DNA from: Candidatus Latescibacterota bacterium
GTDB lineage: Bacteria > Latescibacterota > UBA2968
Assembly (NCBI GenBank): GCA_965207885.1
Contig: OZ242311.1
Span: 2,240,001 to 2,304,000 of the forward strand
Length of the DNA stretch: 64,000 nucleotides
Reading direction: 5' to 3'
Positions 39,418 through 49,891 of the stretch are shown in pieces. The translations under genes and the position numbers were made by a program. The notes under the pieces were generated by a model. It worked only from the letters and a program-made list of their open reading frames with translations. It was not told the DNA's origin and ran no database searches. Numbering within the stretch: the first letter of the stretch is position 1; each line of letters starts with the position of its first letter.

Positions 39418-39423
39418 ACCCGT

Positions 39424-40824
39424 TTAATCATCGGCAGAAGCCGTTTCCGCATGTTTTCCGTGGTTTTTATTTGCCACCAACTGGCGGATTTCAAAAATGT
39501 TAATGACGGGCATCACCCGAATAAACAGGATCATCATAAAGAGGAAAAATCCAATTGTGCCTGCGTACAATCCCCAATCCCACGGCGTCGAGTGATACAT
39601 ATCCCAGGACGAAGGCATAAAGTCGCGGTGGAGACTCGTCACCACAATGATAAATCGCTCGAGCCACATTCCCACATTGATGAACATCGAAATGATGAAC
39701 AGCCCTATCGGACTCAGGCGCACCTTTTTAATCCACAACAATTGTGGGATAGCCACATTGCACAAGATCAATGACCAGTAAGTGCCGGAATAAGGACCAA
39801 ATGTGCGATTTTGCATCATATAGCCTTCATAGGGGCTGGCACTATACCAGGCGAAAAATTGCTCCATCACATAGCCATAAGCCACAATGAGTCCGGTGGC
39901 GAGCATCACTTTGCCCATATTGTTCAGGTGGCGGTCGGTGATGTAATCGTGCAATCCGTAAAAGTAGCGAATGGGTAGCCCCAGCGTCAGCACCATTGCA
40001 AAACCGGCATATACGGCACCCGCCACAAAATAGGGTGGAAAGATGGTTGCATGCCAGCCGGGAATCAGTCCTACGGAAAAGTCCAAACTCACGATGGAGT
40101 GTACGGATAGTACCAGCGGCGTCGATACACCCGCTAAGAGAAGCGCGGCCATTTCATAGTTAAACCAGTGCTTGGCGGATCCGCGCCATCCCATTGACAA
40201 TACGCCGTATATGATCTGTGAAATTTTGTGTTTGGCCTTGTCGCGCAGGGTGGCAAAATCGGGAATTAAGCCCAGATACCAGAAGATCAGAGATACTGTA
40301 AAGTAGGTGCCAACGGCAAATACATCCCATATTAGCGGACTACGGAACTGCGGCCACACAGACATTGTATTGGGATAGGGCAACAGCCAGTAAGCCGCTA
40401 CCCAGGGACGCCCCGTGTGCAACAGTGGAAACATACCGGCGCACATGACGGCAAAAATGGTCATGGCTTCGGCAAATCGGTTGATCGAATTGCGCCATTG
40501 CTGACGCATGAGTAACAAAATAGCCGAAATCAATGTGCCCGCGTGCCCAATACCGATCCACCAGACAAAGTTGATAATTGCCCAGCCCCAGCCAACGGGA
40601 ATATTTAAGCCCCAGATGCCAGTCCCTTTGATCAGCAGCCAGGTCGCAGATAACATCAACAACTGCAAAATACCACCTGCAATCAACAGTGCCGCAATCC
40701 ACCCCAAAGGCGTGCGATTGGTGATGAGCGCACTGAGTCTTTGTGTCACCGTTGTATAGGTCTGCCCCGGACCGAGCACCGGCGCCGGCATCGTCGGATC
40801 TTTTATAGGTGCAGGACTACCCAT
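39424..40824 (-). CDS. actC: Alternative complex III subunit ActC (NrfD family)
   Basis: NFVWWIGIGHAGTLISA and WLERFIIV motifs. Confidence 0.95.
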   Translation of the reverse strand: MGSPAPIKDPTMPAPVLGPGQTYTTVTQRLSALITNRTPLGWIAALLIAGGILQLLMLSATWLLIKGTGIWGLNIPVGWGWAIINFVWWIGIGHAGTLISAILLLMRQQWRNSINRFAEAMTIFAVMCAGMFPLLHTGRPWVAAYWLLPYPNTMSVWPQFRSPLIWDVFAVGTYFTVSLIFWYLGLIPDFATLRDKAKHKISQIIYGVLSMGWRGSAKHWFNYEMAALLLAGVSTPLVLSVHSIVSLDFSVGLIPGWHATIFPPYFVAGAVYAGFAMVLTLGLPIRYFYGLHDYITDRHLNNMGKVMLATGLIVAYGYVMEQFFAWYSASPYEGYMMQNRTFGPYSGTYWSLILCNVAIPQLLWIKKVRLSPIGLFIISMFINVGMWLERFIIVVTSLHRDFMPSSWDMYHSTPWDWGLYAGTIGFFLFMMILFIRVMPVINIFEIRQLVANKNHGKHAETASADD

Positions 40825-43813
40825 GCTGTGAAATCTCCGGATTGGGATTGGTCAACCGCGCGAGATACGTGGTGCGCGGTTTGGTATTTAACTCTGTCAA
40901 AATGCCGTAATTTCTCTGTTGGGCTTTGAGCTTGGCCACGCGGCTATTGGGGTCTTTGATATCGCCAAATACAATGGCATCTGAAGGACACGCTCCCTGA
41001 CAGGCGGTTGTAATATCGCCATCTTTCAATTCGCGATCCTCGACCTTGGCCTCAATTCGCGCTGCACTAATGCGCTGCACGCAATAGGTGCATTTTTCCA
41101 TTACGCCGCGACCGCGCACTGTCACATTGGGATTGCGCTGCAATTTGAAACTCGGTGTTTCTTCATCGGCATAGTGGAGGAAATTGAAGCGCCGCACCTT
41201 ATAAGGGCAGTTATTTGAACAATATCTCGTGCCCACACAGCGGTTATAGGCCATATCGTTCAAGCCCTCGGCACTGTGTACTGTTGCGCCAACGGGGCAT
41301 ACGAGTTCACAGGGCGCATTCTCGCACTGCATACAGGGTACGGGCTGGTTGTAAAGTTCGGGGTTGTCCAGATCGCCTTTGTAGTAGCGGTCGATGCGAA
41401 TCCAGTGCATTTCGCGTCCGTTGAGCACCTCATCTTTGCCCACTACCGGAATATTATTTTCCGACTGACAGGCGACTGTGCAGGCATTGCAGCCATTGCA
41501 TGAATTCAGATCAATTGCCATGCCCCAGGCTATGCCGTCGTTGTCGTGAATCCCATCAAAAAAGTTTGCATCGGGACCGGGGTCATGCCCCATTTCGTGT
41601 ACAAAATGCGGGTGTTTTTCATATTCATCGACTGTGCCAGATCGCACCAGCGCGCGGCCTTCCATGCTGTGGTGATCTTGCGTGCAGGCCAGGGGATACG
41701 TCTGTCCCGTCTTTGTCATTGACGCGTCCGATGCAACCCACGGCGAATCAGATGTCTGAAGAGCATAAGCATTGAAACCAACGCCATTACCCACGCGCCC
41801 GGCAGCGATGCGTCCAAAGCCAAGATGTACAGTAACGGCATTTGCGGGATGCCCGGGTGCGATCCAGACAGGTGCTTCCACAGAGCGATTATTCGCGCTC
41901 AATACGACCACATCGCCATTTTGAAGCCCCATCGCCTCGGCAGTTGCCGGTGCGATCAAAACCGCATTGTCCCAGGTGAGGCGCGTATGGGGTTTTGGCA
42001 ATTCTTGCAACCAGCCATTGTTGGCATATCGCCCATCGCCAATTGTGGGATCTAACCGGAAGTTCACTTCGAGTCCCTCACTCGCCTGCGATGGCGTGCC
42101 GTAATTTTCGGTCATGCTCACAGAACGCTCGGGCAAAGCCGTATCGGGAACCAATCCGTCGTGCAAATAGGTTTGCCAGATTGTTTCAAAATCGGTGCCT
42201 TTGTATTGTTCTTGCCAATATTCTTTGACCCGATCATAATCCGCGCGCCCATCCCCCAGCATCATAGCTACCAGTTCCGCGGCGGATTTGCCGCCGTAGA
42301 GCGGCTCAATCAATGGCTGGACAATAGACACGGTACCGTCGAATGCGCGTATATCGCCCCAGGCTTCTAATGCGTGTGCTTCGGGCAAATGCCAGTGAGA
42401 TAATCGCGCGGTTTCATCTTGAGATTGGCCCAGATGAATGCGCGTTGTCACTTCCTGGTAAGCGGCGGCAAAATTGAGGTCTGCTGGCGCATTGTAAACG
42501 GGATTGCCACCCAAAACCATCAGCAGTGAAACTCTGCCCTCTGACATATCAACGGTTAAATCTTTGAGGGAAGCGTATTGATTGGTCGGCTCGGCTTCTA
42601 CTGGATCTGTGTACGTCACGGTATTACCCACATTGCCTAACGCACTGTTGATGGCGTGTGCAAGTGCGTGAACAGCAGGCGGTTGATGATCGCCGGCAAT
42701 CACCAGCGATGTGCCGCGATGTGCCGCCAGGTCTTTGACCAGTGCATTGAGCCATGTATCGCGTCCGGCGCTATTGCCCCCCATCGCGTTTATTCCCAGT
42801 GCCGCAGCCACTGCTCGGGCAAATCCCTCGATCTGACTGGCTTTCAATGGCAGGCGGTGATCGGCAAAAGACCCCGTATTGGAGGGAGTAGATTCAATGA
42901 CGTAGAGCCGATTCATATCGGCCTTTTGGCCGTCGATAACCTTGCGACCGAGGGCAACGTGGCGAGCGTGTCGAATACTTGCCGCACCGCTTTCCATAAA
43001 ATCGGCGTCCAAAGACAAAATGCGTTTGGCTTTTTCGAAATGATACTGCGTTTCGACCACTTCTCCAAAAGCCATTCTGGCACCTTCACGCACGTTGTCG
43101 CGCGTACCTGGCTCAAATTGATGCCACCTTGCGTTGGGATATTTTTCCAATAGCGCGCGGATCTGGCTAACCAAAACTGGCGAGGTCACTGTTTCCGTCA
43201 ACAGACGCAATCCCTGCCCCTGATCCAAATCGAGTTTTGCCACTTCGGTGGCAAGGGTAGCAGAAAATCTCGTCCATGTACTCGCACGCCCGTTTGCTAT
43301 GGGTACCTGCGTGCGGTCAGGGTCGTAGAGGTCGAGTATTTGAGCCTGTGTAATTGCATCTGTGGGACCAAAAGTCGCATTGCCCGATCGAGGATTTGCA
43401 GGATGTGCGGGATTGCCCTCTATTTTGGTCGGACGCCCAGCATGACTTTCGACCAGTACGCCCCGGGCGAATCCGCCTTGAGAGAGAGCCGAAGCAAAGA
43501 ACAGGGGTTTACCGGGTATGATCTGCTCGGGCGCACGTATATAGGGGACGATTTTTTCCGGCGGCTGGCGCGTGCACGATGTCAAGCCGGCAAACGCCAG
43601 AGACGCGCCCATTACCTGTAGAAACTTGCGGCGACCGACTTTGTCGCTCCATTCGGAAGCCCCTTCGGGAAATTCGCGGTGCAAATAGTCGCGAAATTCT
43701 TCCGTATCAGCCAATTCATTCAGGCTGCGCCAATAATCCTGCCCCTCGCGCTTAGATAGGCGTTCGCGAATCGCAGAGAGGTCCAAACCGTCTTTATGTG
43801 CTGTGCGTGTCAT
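40817..43813 (-). CDS. actB: Alternative complex III subunit ActB (molybdopterin-oxidoreductase-like plus Fe-S)
   Basis: YWRSL, Tat motif GRRKFL, GRPTKIEGN and four Fe-S Cys clusters; ATG 43813 overlaps the actA stop. Confidence 0.95.
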   Translation of the reverse strand: MTRTAHKDGLDLSAIRERLSKREGQDYWRSLNELADTEEFRDYLHREFPEGASEWSDKVGRRKFLQVMGASLAFAGLTSCTRQPPEKIVPYIRAPEQIIPGKPLFFASALSQGGFARGVLVESHAGRPTKIEGNPAHPANPRSGNATFGPTDAITQAQILDLYDPDRTQVPIANGRASTWTRFSATLATEVAKLDLDQGQGLRLLTETVTSPVLVSQIRALLEKYPNARWHQFEPGTRDNVREGARMAFGEVVETQYHFEKAKRILSLDADFMESGAASIRHARHVALGRKVIDGQKADMNRLYVIESTPSNTGSFADHRLPLKASQIEGFARAVAAALGINAMGGNSAGRDTWLNALVKDLAAHRGTSLVIAGDHQPPAVHALAHAINSALGNVGNTVTYTDPVEAEPTNQYASLKDLTVDMSEGRVSLLMVLGGNPVYNAPADLNFAAAYQEVTTRIHLGQSQDETARLSHWHLPEAHALEAWGDIRAFDGTVSIVQPLIEPLYGGKSAAELVAMMLGDGRADYDRVKEYWQEQYKGTDFETIWQTYLHDGLVPDTALPERSVSMTENYGTPSQASEGLEVNFRLDPTIGDGRYANNGWLQELPKPHTRLTWDNAVLIAPATAEAMGLQNGDVVVLSANNRSVEAPVWIAPGHPANAVTVHLGFGRIAAGRVGNGVGFNAYALQTSDSPWVASDASMTKTGQTYPLACTQDHHSMEGRALVRSGTVDEYEKHPHFVHEMGHDPGPDANFFDGIHDNDGIAWGMAIDLNSCNGCNACTVACQSENNIPVVGKDEVLNGREMHWIRIDRYYKGDLDNPELYNQPVPCMQCENAPCELVCPVGATVHSAEGLNDMAYNRCVGTRYCSNNCPYKVRRFNFLHYADEETPSFKLQRNPNVTVRGRGVMEKCTYCVQRISAARIEAKVEDRELKDGDITTACQGACPSDAIVFGDIKDPNSRVAKLKAQQRNYGILTELNTKPRTTYLARLTNPNPEISQHG

Positions 43814-44478
43814 CGATGACATGTCGAGCAATCCGTGGAAGGGTTAATATCGTAGTCTTGAACCAGTTGTGCGCCCAGCAGGGCTTGAGAGACCGCATGT
43901 CCGCGTTCATCCATTGGTTTCCAGGCCATATTGAAAACTTCTTCGCGGGGACGCACATATTTTTCGGGTGCCCGGTGACATTCCAGACACCATTCCATAT
44001 TGAGGGTGTTCACTTTCCACATCAGCGGCATTTGATCGACCTGCCCGTGACAGGTTTGACATCCGATGCCTTTGTGAACGTGAATGCTGTGATTGAAATA
44101 GACAAAATCGGGGAGATCGTGAATGCGAACCCACTCTATGGGATTACCCGTGCGATAACTTTCGCGGATGGGTTCGAGAAGGGGGCTTTCTGTCCAGATT
44201 TGAGAATGGCAGGTCATGCAGGTTTCAACAGGGGGGATATTGGCGAAGGAAGATTCTTCTACAGAAGTGTGACAATAGCGACAGTCGAGGCCCACGCCGG
44301 CCACGTGGTGTTTGTGACTGAAGGGAACCGGCTGTTTTTTTGCGACCAGGACATCGGATGTGTAGTGTAATCGGTTGGTGTTGAGCAGAATGGTGAGGCC
44401 CGTTCCAACAACAACCAGAACCACGACAATACTGATTCTGGCATACGCGTTACTGCCACGCGGAAAAAGCTGCGCCAT
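43810..44478 (-). CDS. actA: Alternative complex III pentaheme cytochrome ActA
   Basis: Five CxxCH motifs (CRYCH, CMTCH, CQTCH, CLECH, CSTCH). Confidence 0.95.
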   Translation of the reverse strand: MAQLFPRGSNAYARISIVVVLVVVGTGLTILLNTNRLHYTSDVLVAKKQPVPFSHKHHVAGVGLDCRYCHTSVEESSFANIPPVETCMTCHSQIWTESPLLEPIRESYRTGNPIEWVRIHDLPDFVYFNHSIHVHKGIGCQTCHGQVDQMPLMWKVNTLNMEWCLECHRAPEKYVRPREEVFNMAWKPMDERGHAVSQALLGAQLVQDYDINPSTDCSTCHR

Positions 44479-44539
44479 TTATGAATCCTGTGAAGTGAGA
44501 TGAGACAAAATGAGATCAGGTCGAGCCTACGAAGGGCTT

Positions 44540-44567
44540 AATATACACGAATCCACATGCGAGTCAA
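44540..44567 (-). promoter_or_regulatory. Sigma-70-like promoter of the act-cta operon
   Basis: TTGACT-N16-TATATT on the minus strand, 62 bp upstream of actA. Confidence 0.6.
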
Positions 44568-44635
44568 GCAATAAGTTTTGCTCATATAAACTGTACATTA
44601 TTATCTACTTTGTTTGGCATACAAAACACAACTTT

Positions 44636-45763
44636 TTAATTGCGGGTATCCGCTGTATGTTGTTCTATATCGCGCCGATTGTCGCCTGTGGGCAGTTCGG
44701 CAATGTACTGGTAATTGGAGTCACGCGCCTGTCTGTCCAAAATCTCAGCAATTTGTTTCCACGTTTCGCGCAAGCCGCGGGGACAGTGAGGCATTTCGTG
44801 TTTGATCAGCCTGTGTAGCCGACCGAGTTTGTAGCATGGAACCGCAGCGTACATGTGGTGCTCGGTGTGGTAATTCATATGCCAGTAGAGAAATTGGAGC
44901 AGGGGATTGAGGTAAATCGTGCGGCAGCAGAGGCGAAAATCCGGTACTTCGTCTTGCAGCCCAACGTGCTGTGCGGAGTTGCAAAGGGATTGCAACCACG
45001 ATCCGAACATTTTCGGAAATGTGATGACCAGCGGGACAATCCAGTACCCATATACCAGAGATATACCCGCGATCGAGAGGTGGCCGATGAGCAAGGTGCG
45101 CTCCCATCTGGTGTAGGCGCGACACCGCTCTTGATCGCTTTCGGGAAAGAGCATTCCAATCCAGGAATTTTTCCTGTTGATATAGCCGGTAAAGTTTCGA
45201 AACCTTTCTTTTAGCAGTGTGTAGGGATACTTGTGGTTTACAATGGCCCGCTTCCACAGACCTTTGAGATCGATTTTTTGAGGGAGTACGACTTCCTGAT
45301 CGTCGGGTGCGTGCAGGGTGTATTTGTGGTGTTCGGTATGGCTGGCCCAGAATAGATGGTGGTTGTGCCAGCCGAGGAAGGATAAAATGCGGAGGAAGAA
45401 GCGATTGAGCCACCGGGTCTTGAAGACCGAATCGTGTACCAGTTCATGAAAGCCGTTGACCAGAAAATGCCAGAAGTGTCCGTTGATGAAGACCAGTAGC
45501 GCAGTGATATACCAGGGCCAGTGGCGCGATGAGTAAATGGCCGCTCCCGCAGCAACAGTTAGCACGCCCAGGAAACCGAGTGTCTGAGCAAAGCCAAGGA
45601 AATCACTTCGCTTGTTGAGTTCGCGCAATGTCTCGCGGGAGACGCGGCAGCGGTACCATTTGATGCGCGTCTTTCTGGGCGGTTTATTGTATTTTGGGCC
45701 TTCTGTGAACACGTCTCGATCAGAGAGCGTGCCCTGGCCGATATTTTCGGTTTGTGTGTTCAA
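44636..45763 (-). CDS. Fatty acid desaturase family protein
   Basis: His boxes HELVH, HTEHH and a C-terminal HMNYHTEHH; TM segments. Confidence 0.9.
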   Translation of the reverse strand: MNTQTENIGQGTLSDRDVFTEGPKYNKPPRKTRIKWYRCRVSRETLRELNKRSDFLGFAQTLGFLGVLTVAAGAAIYSSRHWPWYITALLVFINGHFWHFLVNGFHELVHDSVFKTRWLNRFFLRILSFLGWHNHHLFWASHTEHHKYTLHAPDDQEVVLPQKIDLKGLWKRAIVNHKYPYTLLKERFRNFTGYINRKNSWIGMLFPESDQERCRAYTRWERTLLIGHLSIAGISLVYGYWIVPLVITFPKMFGSWLQSLCNSAQHVGLQDEVPDFRLCCRTIYLNPLLQFLYWHMNYHTEHHMYAAVPCYKLGRLHRLIKHEMPHCPRGLRETWKQIAEILDRQARDSNYQYIAELPTGDNRRDIEQHTADTRN

Positions 45764-45803
45764 GGTCTATGATCCACTTGTTGGAAATTTAGAATCAGCG
45801 ACC

Positions 45804-45831
45804 AAGATACGCGAATCCTCTTGTGCGTCAA
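45804..45831 (-). promoter_or_regulatory. Sigma-70-like promoter of the desaturase gene, near-copy of the act promoter
   Basis: TTGACG-N16-TATCTT; 22 of 28 bases identical to 44540-44567. Confidence 0.6.
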
Positions 45832-45859
45832 GTGAGTTCGCGGGACCTCTCTGCGCTTG

Positions 45860-47178
45860 CTATCCACTTGTCTTGCCAAAATTTGAGGTAAATATCAAAA
45901 AGTCGTTAAAATCCACGTCGCCATCCTGATCCAGATCACCGATTAAACCGCTTGGCGTGCCACCACCTCCGGTCGGTCTTATTTCAGAAGACCATCGAAG
46001 GATCTGATTTTGTCCCCGGGTCTCTGCGACTCCATTGCCCGTAGAATCTATATAAGCACGATATAAGCACGGAATTTGCCGCCTTCAATTCCCAATACAC
46101 CGTTGCCCGCTTCATCGGCTGCCATAGCTGCAATGGGCCGCCCAGAGGCGTTGAGAATGCCCATTATACCGTGCCCATTTTCATCGACACCCAATACGGA
46201 AGCCAAAACACCCTCTCTATTTGTTAACAGTACTGCTGCATCGCCAGCCTCATCAATTCCCAAATCAACTATTGAACCCGAGGCACTGACGGCACTGACT
46301 GAGCCATTGCCAACATCATCTACACCCAGAATGACTACGCCTGTACCCGATTCAGATGCAGTGCCTACGATCAGTCCAGCATTTCCAGAATCATCGGCGC
46401 CGAGAAGCGTGAGCGAACCCGAGCTACTGACAGTACTCACCAGTCCATTACCAGTTTCATCTAAGCCCAGAATGACCGCACCTGTGCCCGATTCGGCGCT
46501 ACCGCTCACGATCAGCCCCGCATTTCCAGAATCATCGGCACCGAGAAGCGTAAAGCTCGAACCCAATGCATTTGATGCAGCTACCACACCATTGCCAGCT
46601 TGATCTACGCCCATCCCCGCAACAGAGGCATTATTTTCTATCAAACTAATATCTCCATTTCCAGCTTGATCGGCTGATATAGCCGCAACTGCCGCACCTG
46701 CTACGTTCCCTACGAGCAAAATACCGTTTCCAGCGGGATCCGATCCGATTATGGCGACGACGCCCCCCGCTGCATTTACAATCTGCAGTGTTCTTGTCTG
46801 TAGTGTTTGTACCCGCAATGTGTCGGATAAAATCTGCAGTTCTCCTGCTTGAGCTTGTTTTCCCAATCTCGGCGTCCCATTCTGGTGCGAGAGAATATTA
46901 TTGATAAATTCTGTCTTGTCTCTATCCAGGCCAAGTCCTGGTGCATGTATTCGGCGTGCCAGAATTTCTTCCCGATGCGACCAGTTATGGCGAAAATCCG
47001 TATCATTTACATTTATAGAGGTCAATTTGGGTGGAAGTAGTCTGTGAAACCACTTTGACGTAAAAGCGGGCGATGTGTTAAATAGAAATACAATGATTAA
47101 TCCGATAATCGCCCGCATTTGCCAGCGCACTCTTTTTTCCAGCGTTTCTACCTTTTTTTCTACGATTTCCCTATTCAT
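45860..47178 (-). pseudogene. Membrane-anchored GxDxxGNG-repeat surface protein, frameshifted before its C-terminal dockerin/EF-hand-like domain
   Basis: Start 47178 after AAGGAG. An 11-bp tandem duplication at 46050-46071 creates a stop at 46048. Removing one copy restores ...RAYIDSTGNG...GDLDQDGDVDFNDFLIFTSNFGKTSG* ending at 45860. Confidence 0.85.
46325..46551 (-). repeat. 141-bp (47-aa) intragenic duplication
   Basis: CCCAGAATGAC...ATTTCCAGAATCATCGGC recurs at 141-bp spacing; the protein has TLLGADDSGNAGLIV twice. Confidence 0.85.
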
Positions 47179-47347
47179 TCTATCTCCTTGAATTGGTGGT
47201 TGTGTCGTTTCCTTTAATATAAAGCATTTGTCCAGCAATAATTACTTAATCCGAGATAAGCGGCCATGGGTTCCCCTTGCTTTGATAAAATGAAACGGCT
47301 ATTATGGACCATTCCACCGTGAATGTAGAGAATGGAGGCGCACAGCG

Positions 47348-48748
47348 ATGAATTTGCCAGATCCACTTATCGCATCCAACGATCGCCAACTCTTTGTCGA
47401 TAACCATCTCATCGACAGCTTCGAACACGTGCATATTCACCAGCACACGCCCATCCCGCGCGAAACGTGTCTCACTTTCAATCGCCCCTGGGAAGGTGAG
47501 ACGAGTTGGTGTCCCGTTGTTATCAAAGATGGCGGTAAATACAGGATGTGGTACCGATCTCAAGATGAACAACAAGACACAGGTGGTTTTAACCACACGT
47601 TCACTGCTTATGCCGAGAGCGAAGACGGCATTTGTTGGCAACGGCCCAATCTCGGTTTGTTCAATTTCAATGGTTCAACCGATAACAATATTTGCGTTGA
47701 CAATCCCGATACCAAGAATATTGCGGTTTTTGTGGATGAGCGTCCCGGTGTGCCAGAATCCGAGCGGTACAAGGCAGCGGGGCGCTGGAGCGGTGGCAAA
47801 CCCGCTCGTATCTACGGTCTCGTCTCTCCCGATGGCATTCACTGGCAAAACGCAGGAGACGGGCCGCTCATCGTCGCCTCTGAAGACGATCCCAATTTTG
47901 ACAGTCCGGTTAGTGCTTTTTGGGATGCGCGTCAGGGGTGTTATGTCCTGTACGCGCGTGGCTGGTTTCCCGATGGCAATGAGCCGGGTATGCGCGCCAT
48001 TCGAATGACGACTTCGCGGGATTTTATACATTGGGATGCATGGCAATATATCCGCATTGACGGCAAAACGCGCTTTGATTATCAACTTTATACAAATGCC
48101 GTTCATCCCTACGCAGGTGCGCCCTATTATTTTGCTTTTCCCAAGCGCTTTATTGCAACGCGCCAGGCTCTGCCCGAGTGGGGTCACGAAGGTCTTTCCG
48201 ATATTCTCTTTCTCGCCAGTAGAGATGGTTTGAATTTCACCCAGCCCTATGCCGATGCGTTTATGCGTCCCGGTCTGGACCAAAATAACTGGCACGAGCG
48301 CTCCATTTTTATCGGACCGCGTGTCGTTTCTACCGCGCCCGGCGAACTCTCGCTTTATTCTGTGCAAAATTATCGCACGCCCAATGCACACATTCGGCGT
48401 TTTACTCTGCGCGAAGATGGGTTTGTTTCTGTTCGCGCTGATGCCAGAACGGGTATTCTTACGACCAGACCGTTTACTTTTACAGGCACCCAGTTGGAAG
48501 TCAATTATTCTACGAGTGTTGCCGGATCGGTTCGCATCGCATTGCTCGACGAAGCGGGGAATTCTCTTCCAAAATTCGCGCTCGGTGACTGTCCCCATAT
48601 TTTTGGCGATGAAATCGCGCGCACTGTTCGCTGGGAAAATGTCAATGCTATCGATGTCGCCCCGAACCAACCCATTCGCTTGCAATTTGAACTAACCGAG
48701 GCAGACCTTTTTTCTTTTCGATTCTTCAGTCCCGGAGAAATATCATGA
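47348..48748 (+). CDS. Putative five-bladed beta-propeller glycoside hydrolase-like protein
   Basis: RQLFVD, YAESEDGICW, SPDGIHW, SRDG and LREDGFVS motifs. Confidence 0.7.
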   Translation: MNLPDPLIASNDRQLFVDNHLIDSFEHVHIHQHTPIPRETCLTFNRPWEGETSWCPVVIKDGGKYRMWYRSQDEQQDTGGFNHTFTAYAESEDGICWQRPNLGLFNFNGSTDNNICVDNPDTKNIAVFVDERPGVPESERYKAAGRWSGGKPARIYGLVSPDGIHWQNAGDGPLIVASEDDPNFDSPVSAFWDARQGCYVLYARGWFPDGNEPGMRAIRMTTSRDFIHWDAWQYIRIDGKTRFDYQLYTNAVHPYAGAPYYFAFPKRFIATRQALPEWGHEGLSDILFLASRDGLNFTQPYADAFMRPGLDQNNWHERSIFIGPRVVSTAPGELSLYSVQNYRTPNAHIRRFTLREDGFVSVRADARTGILTTRPFTFTGTQLEVNYSTSVAGSVRIALLDEAGNSLPKFALGDCPHIFGDEIARTVRWENVNAIDVAPNQPIRLQFELTEADLFSFRFFSPGEIS

Positions 48749-49890
48749 AAATCGCTAAAATCGAACAATTCTTTCCCCGCCGAAGGATGCGCTTGATCAA
48801 AATTACGACCGATACCGGTATTGTAGGCTGGGGCGAAACCACCCTTGAAGGCAAACCCAGGAGCACATGGGCTGCCGTAGAAGAGCTCGCGGATTATCTT
48901 ATTGGGAAAGACCCTCTGCGGATTGAGCACCACTGGCAACATATTTACCGATCTGCTTTTTATCGCGGGGGCAATGTGCTTATGACGGCTCTTTCGGGTA
49001 TTGACCAGGCACTTTGGGATATTGCGGGCAAATACTTCAATGTGCCGACCTATCAGCTTCTCGGCGGACCGGTGCGCGGTCGCATTCGCGTTTATGCCCA
49101 TTGGGGGATTCGCGACAGTTCAGAACGCGGATTGAATGCTGCGCGCGAACGTCTCGAAATGCTTCAAGAAAAGGGGGGATACAAAGCTTTTAAATCGGGA
49201 CCGGGCGGCAAGTGGCGCGCCCACGAACCTCCCGCTGTGATTGACCACTTTGTCAAATGTGCCTATACCATGCGCGAGTGGGTTGGCGATGACTGCGAAC
49301 TCTGTTTTGATTTTCACGGCAAGATGACGCCTGCGCTCGCCGTGGAAATTTGCCACGAGATCAAAGGCATGCGTCCCATGTTTGTCGAAGAACCCGTGCC
49401 GCAGGAAAATGTCGATGCGCTCAAACACGTTTCCGACCATGTGCCTTTTCCCATTGCCACGGGTGAACGCCTGCTTTCGCGTTGGGAATTTCGCACTGTG
49501 TTTGAAAAAAATGCCGTTGCCTATATCCAGCCCGACGGCTCGCATGCAGGTGGTATTTCCGAACTCAAGCGCATTGCGAACATGGCCGAAGTGTATTATA
49601 TGCATATTATGCCGCATTGCGCTATTGGGCCAGTCGCTTTTTCCGCGTGTATGCAGGTTGATGCCGTTGTGCCCAATTTTCTCATTCAAGAGCAAGTCGA
49701 TGCGGGTTTGGGTGAGGATCTGCTGCAAGACCCCTGGGTTGTCAGAGATGGACATATTGATTTGCCCATCAGACCCGGCCTGGGTTTTGACCTCATTCCC
49801 ACAGAAGCCGAACAAAATATCGGGGTTTACGAAGAAGAACTCGGTGGGGAATATTTTTACGAAAACGATGGCAGTGTTGCGGATTGGTGA
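48745..49890 (+). CDS. dgoD: Galactonate dehydratase-like enolase-superfamily enzyme
   Basis: GWGE, FYRGG, SGIDQALWDIAGK, DFHG, EEP, TGER and QPD motifs. Confidence 0.8.
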   Translation: MKIAKIEQFFPRRRMRLIKITTDTGIVGWGETTLEGKPRSTWAAVEELADYLIGKDPLRIEHHWQHIYRSAFYRGGNVLMTALSGIDQALWDIAGKYFNVPTYQLLGGPVRGRIRVYAHWGIRDSSERGLNAARERLEMLQEKGGYKAFKSGPGGKWRAHEPPAVIDHFVKCAYTMREWVGDDCELCFDFHGKMTPALAVEICHEIKGMRPMFVEEPVPQENVDALKHVSDHVPFPIATGERLLSRWEFRTVFEKNAVAYIQPDGSHAGGISELKRIANMAEVYYMHIMPHCAIGPVAFSACMQVDAVVPNFLIQEQVDAGLGEDLLQDPWVVRDGHIDLPIRPGLGFDLIPTEAEQNIGVYEEELGGEYFYENDGSVADW

Positions 49891-49891
49891 T

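Noticed and set aside
49382-49891. N-terminal extension of the CPBP protease ORF
   Set aside because: It overlaps the dehydratase in another frame; ATG 49892 right after the stop is the plausible start.
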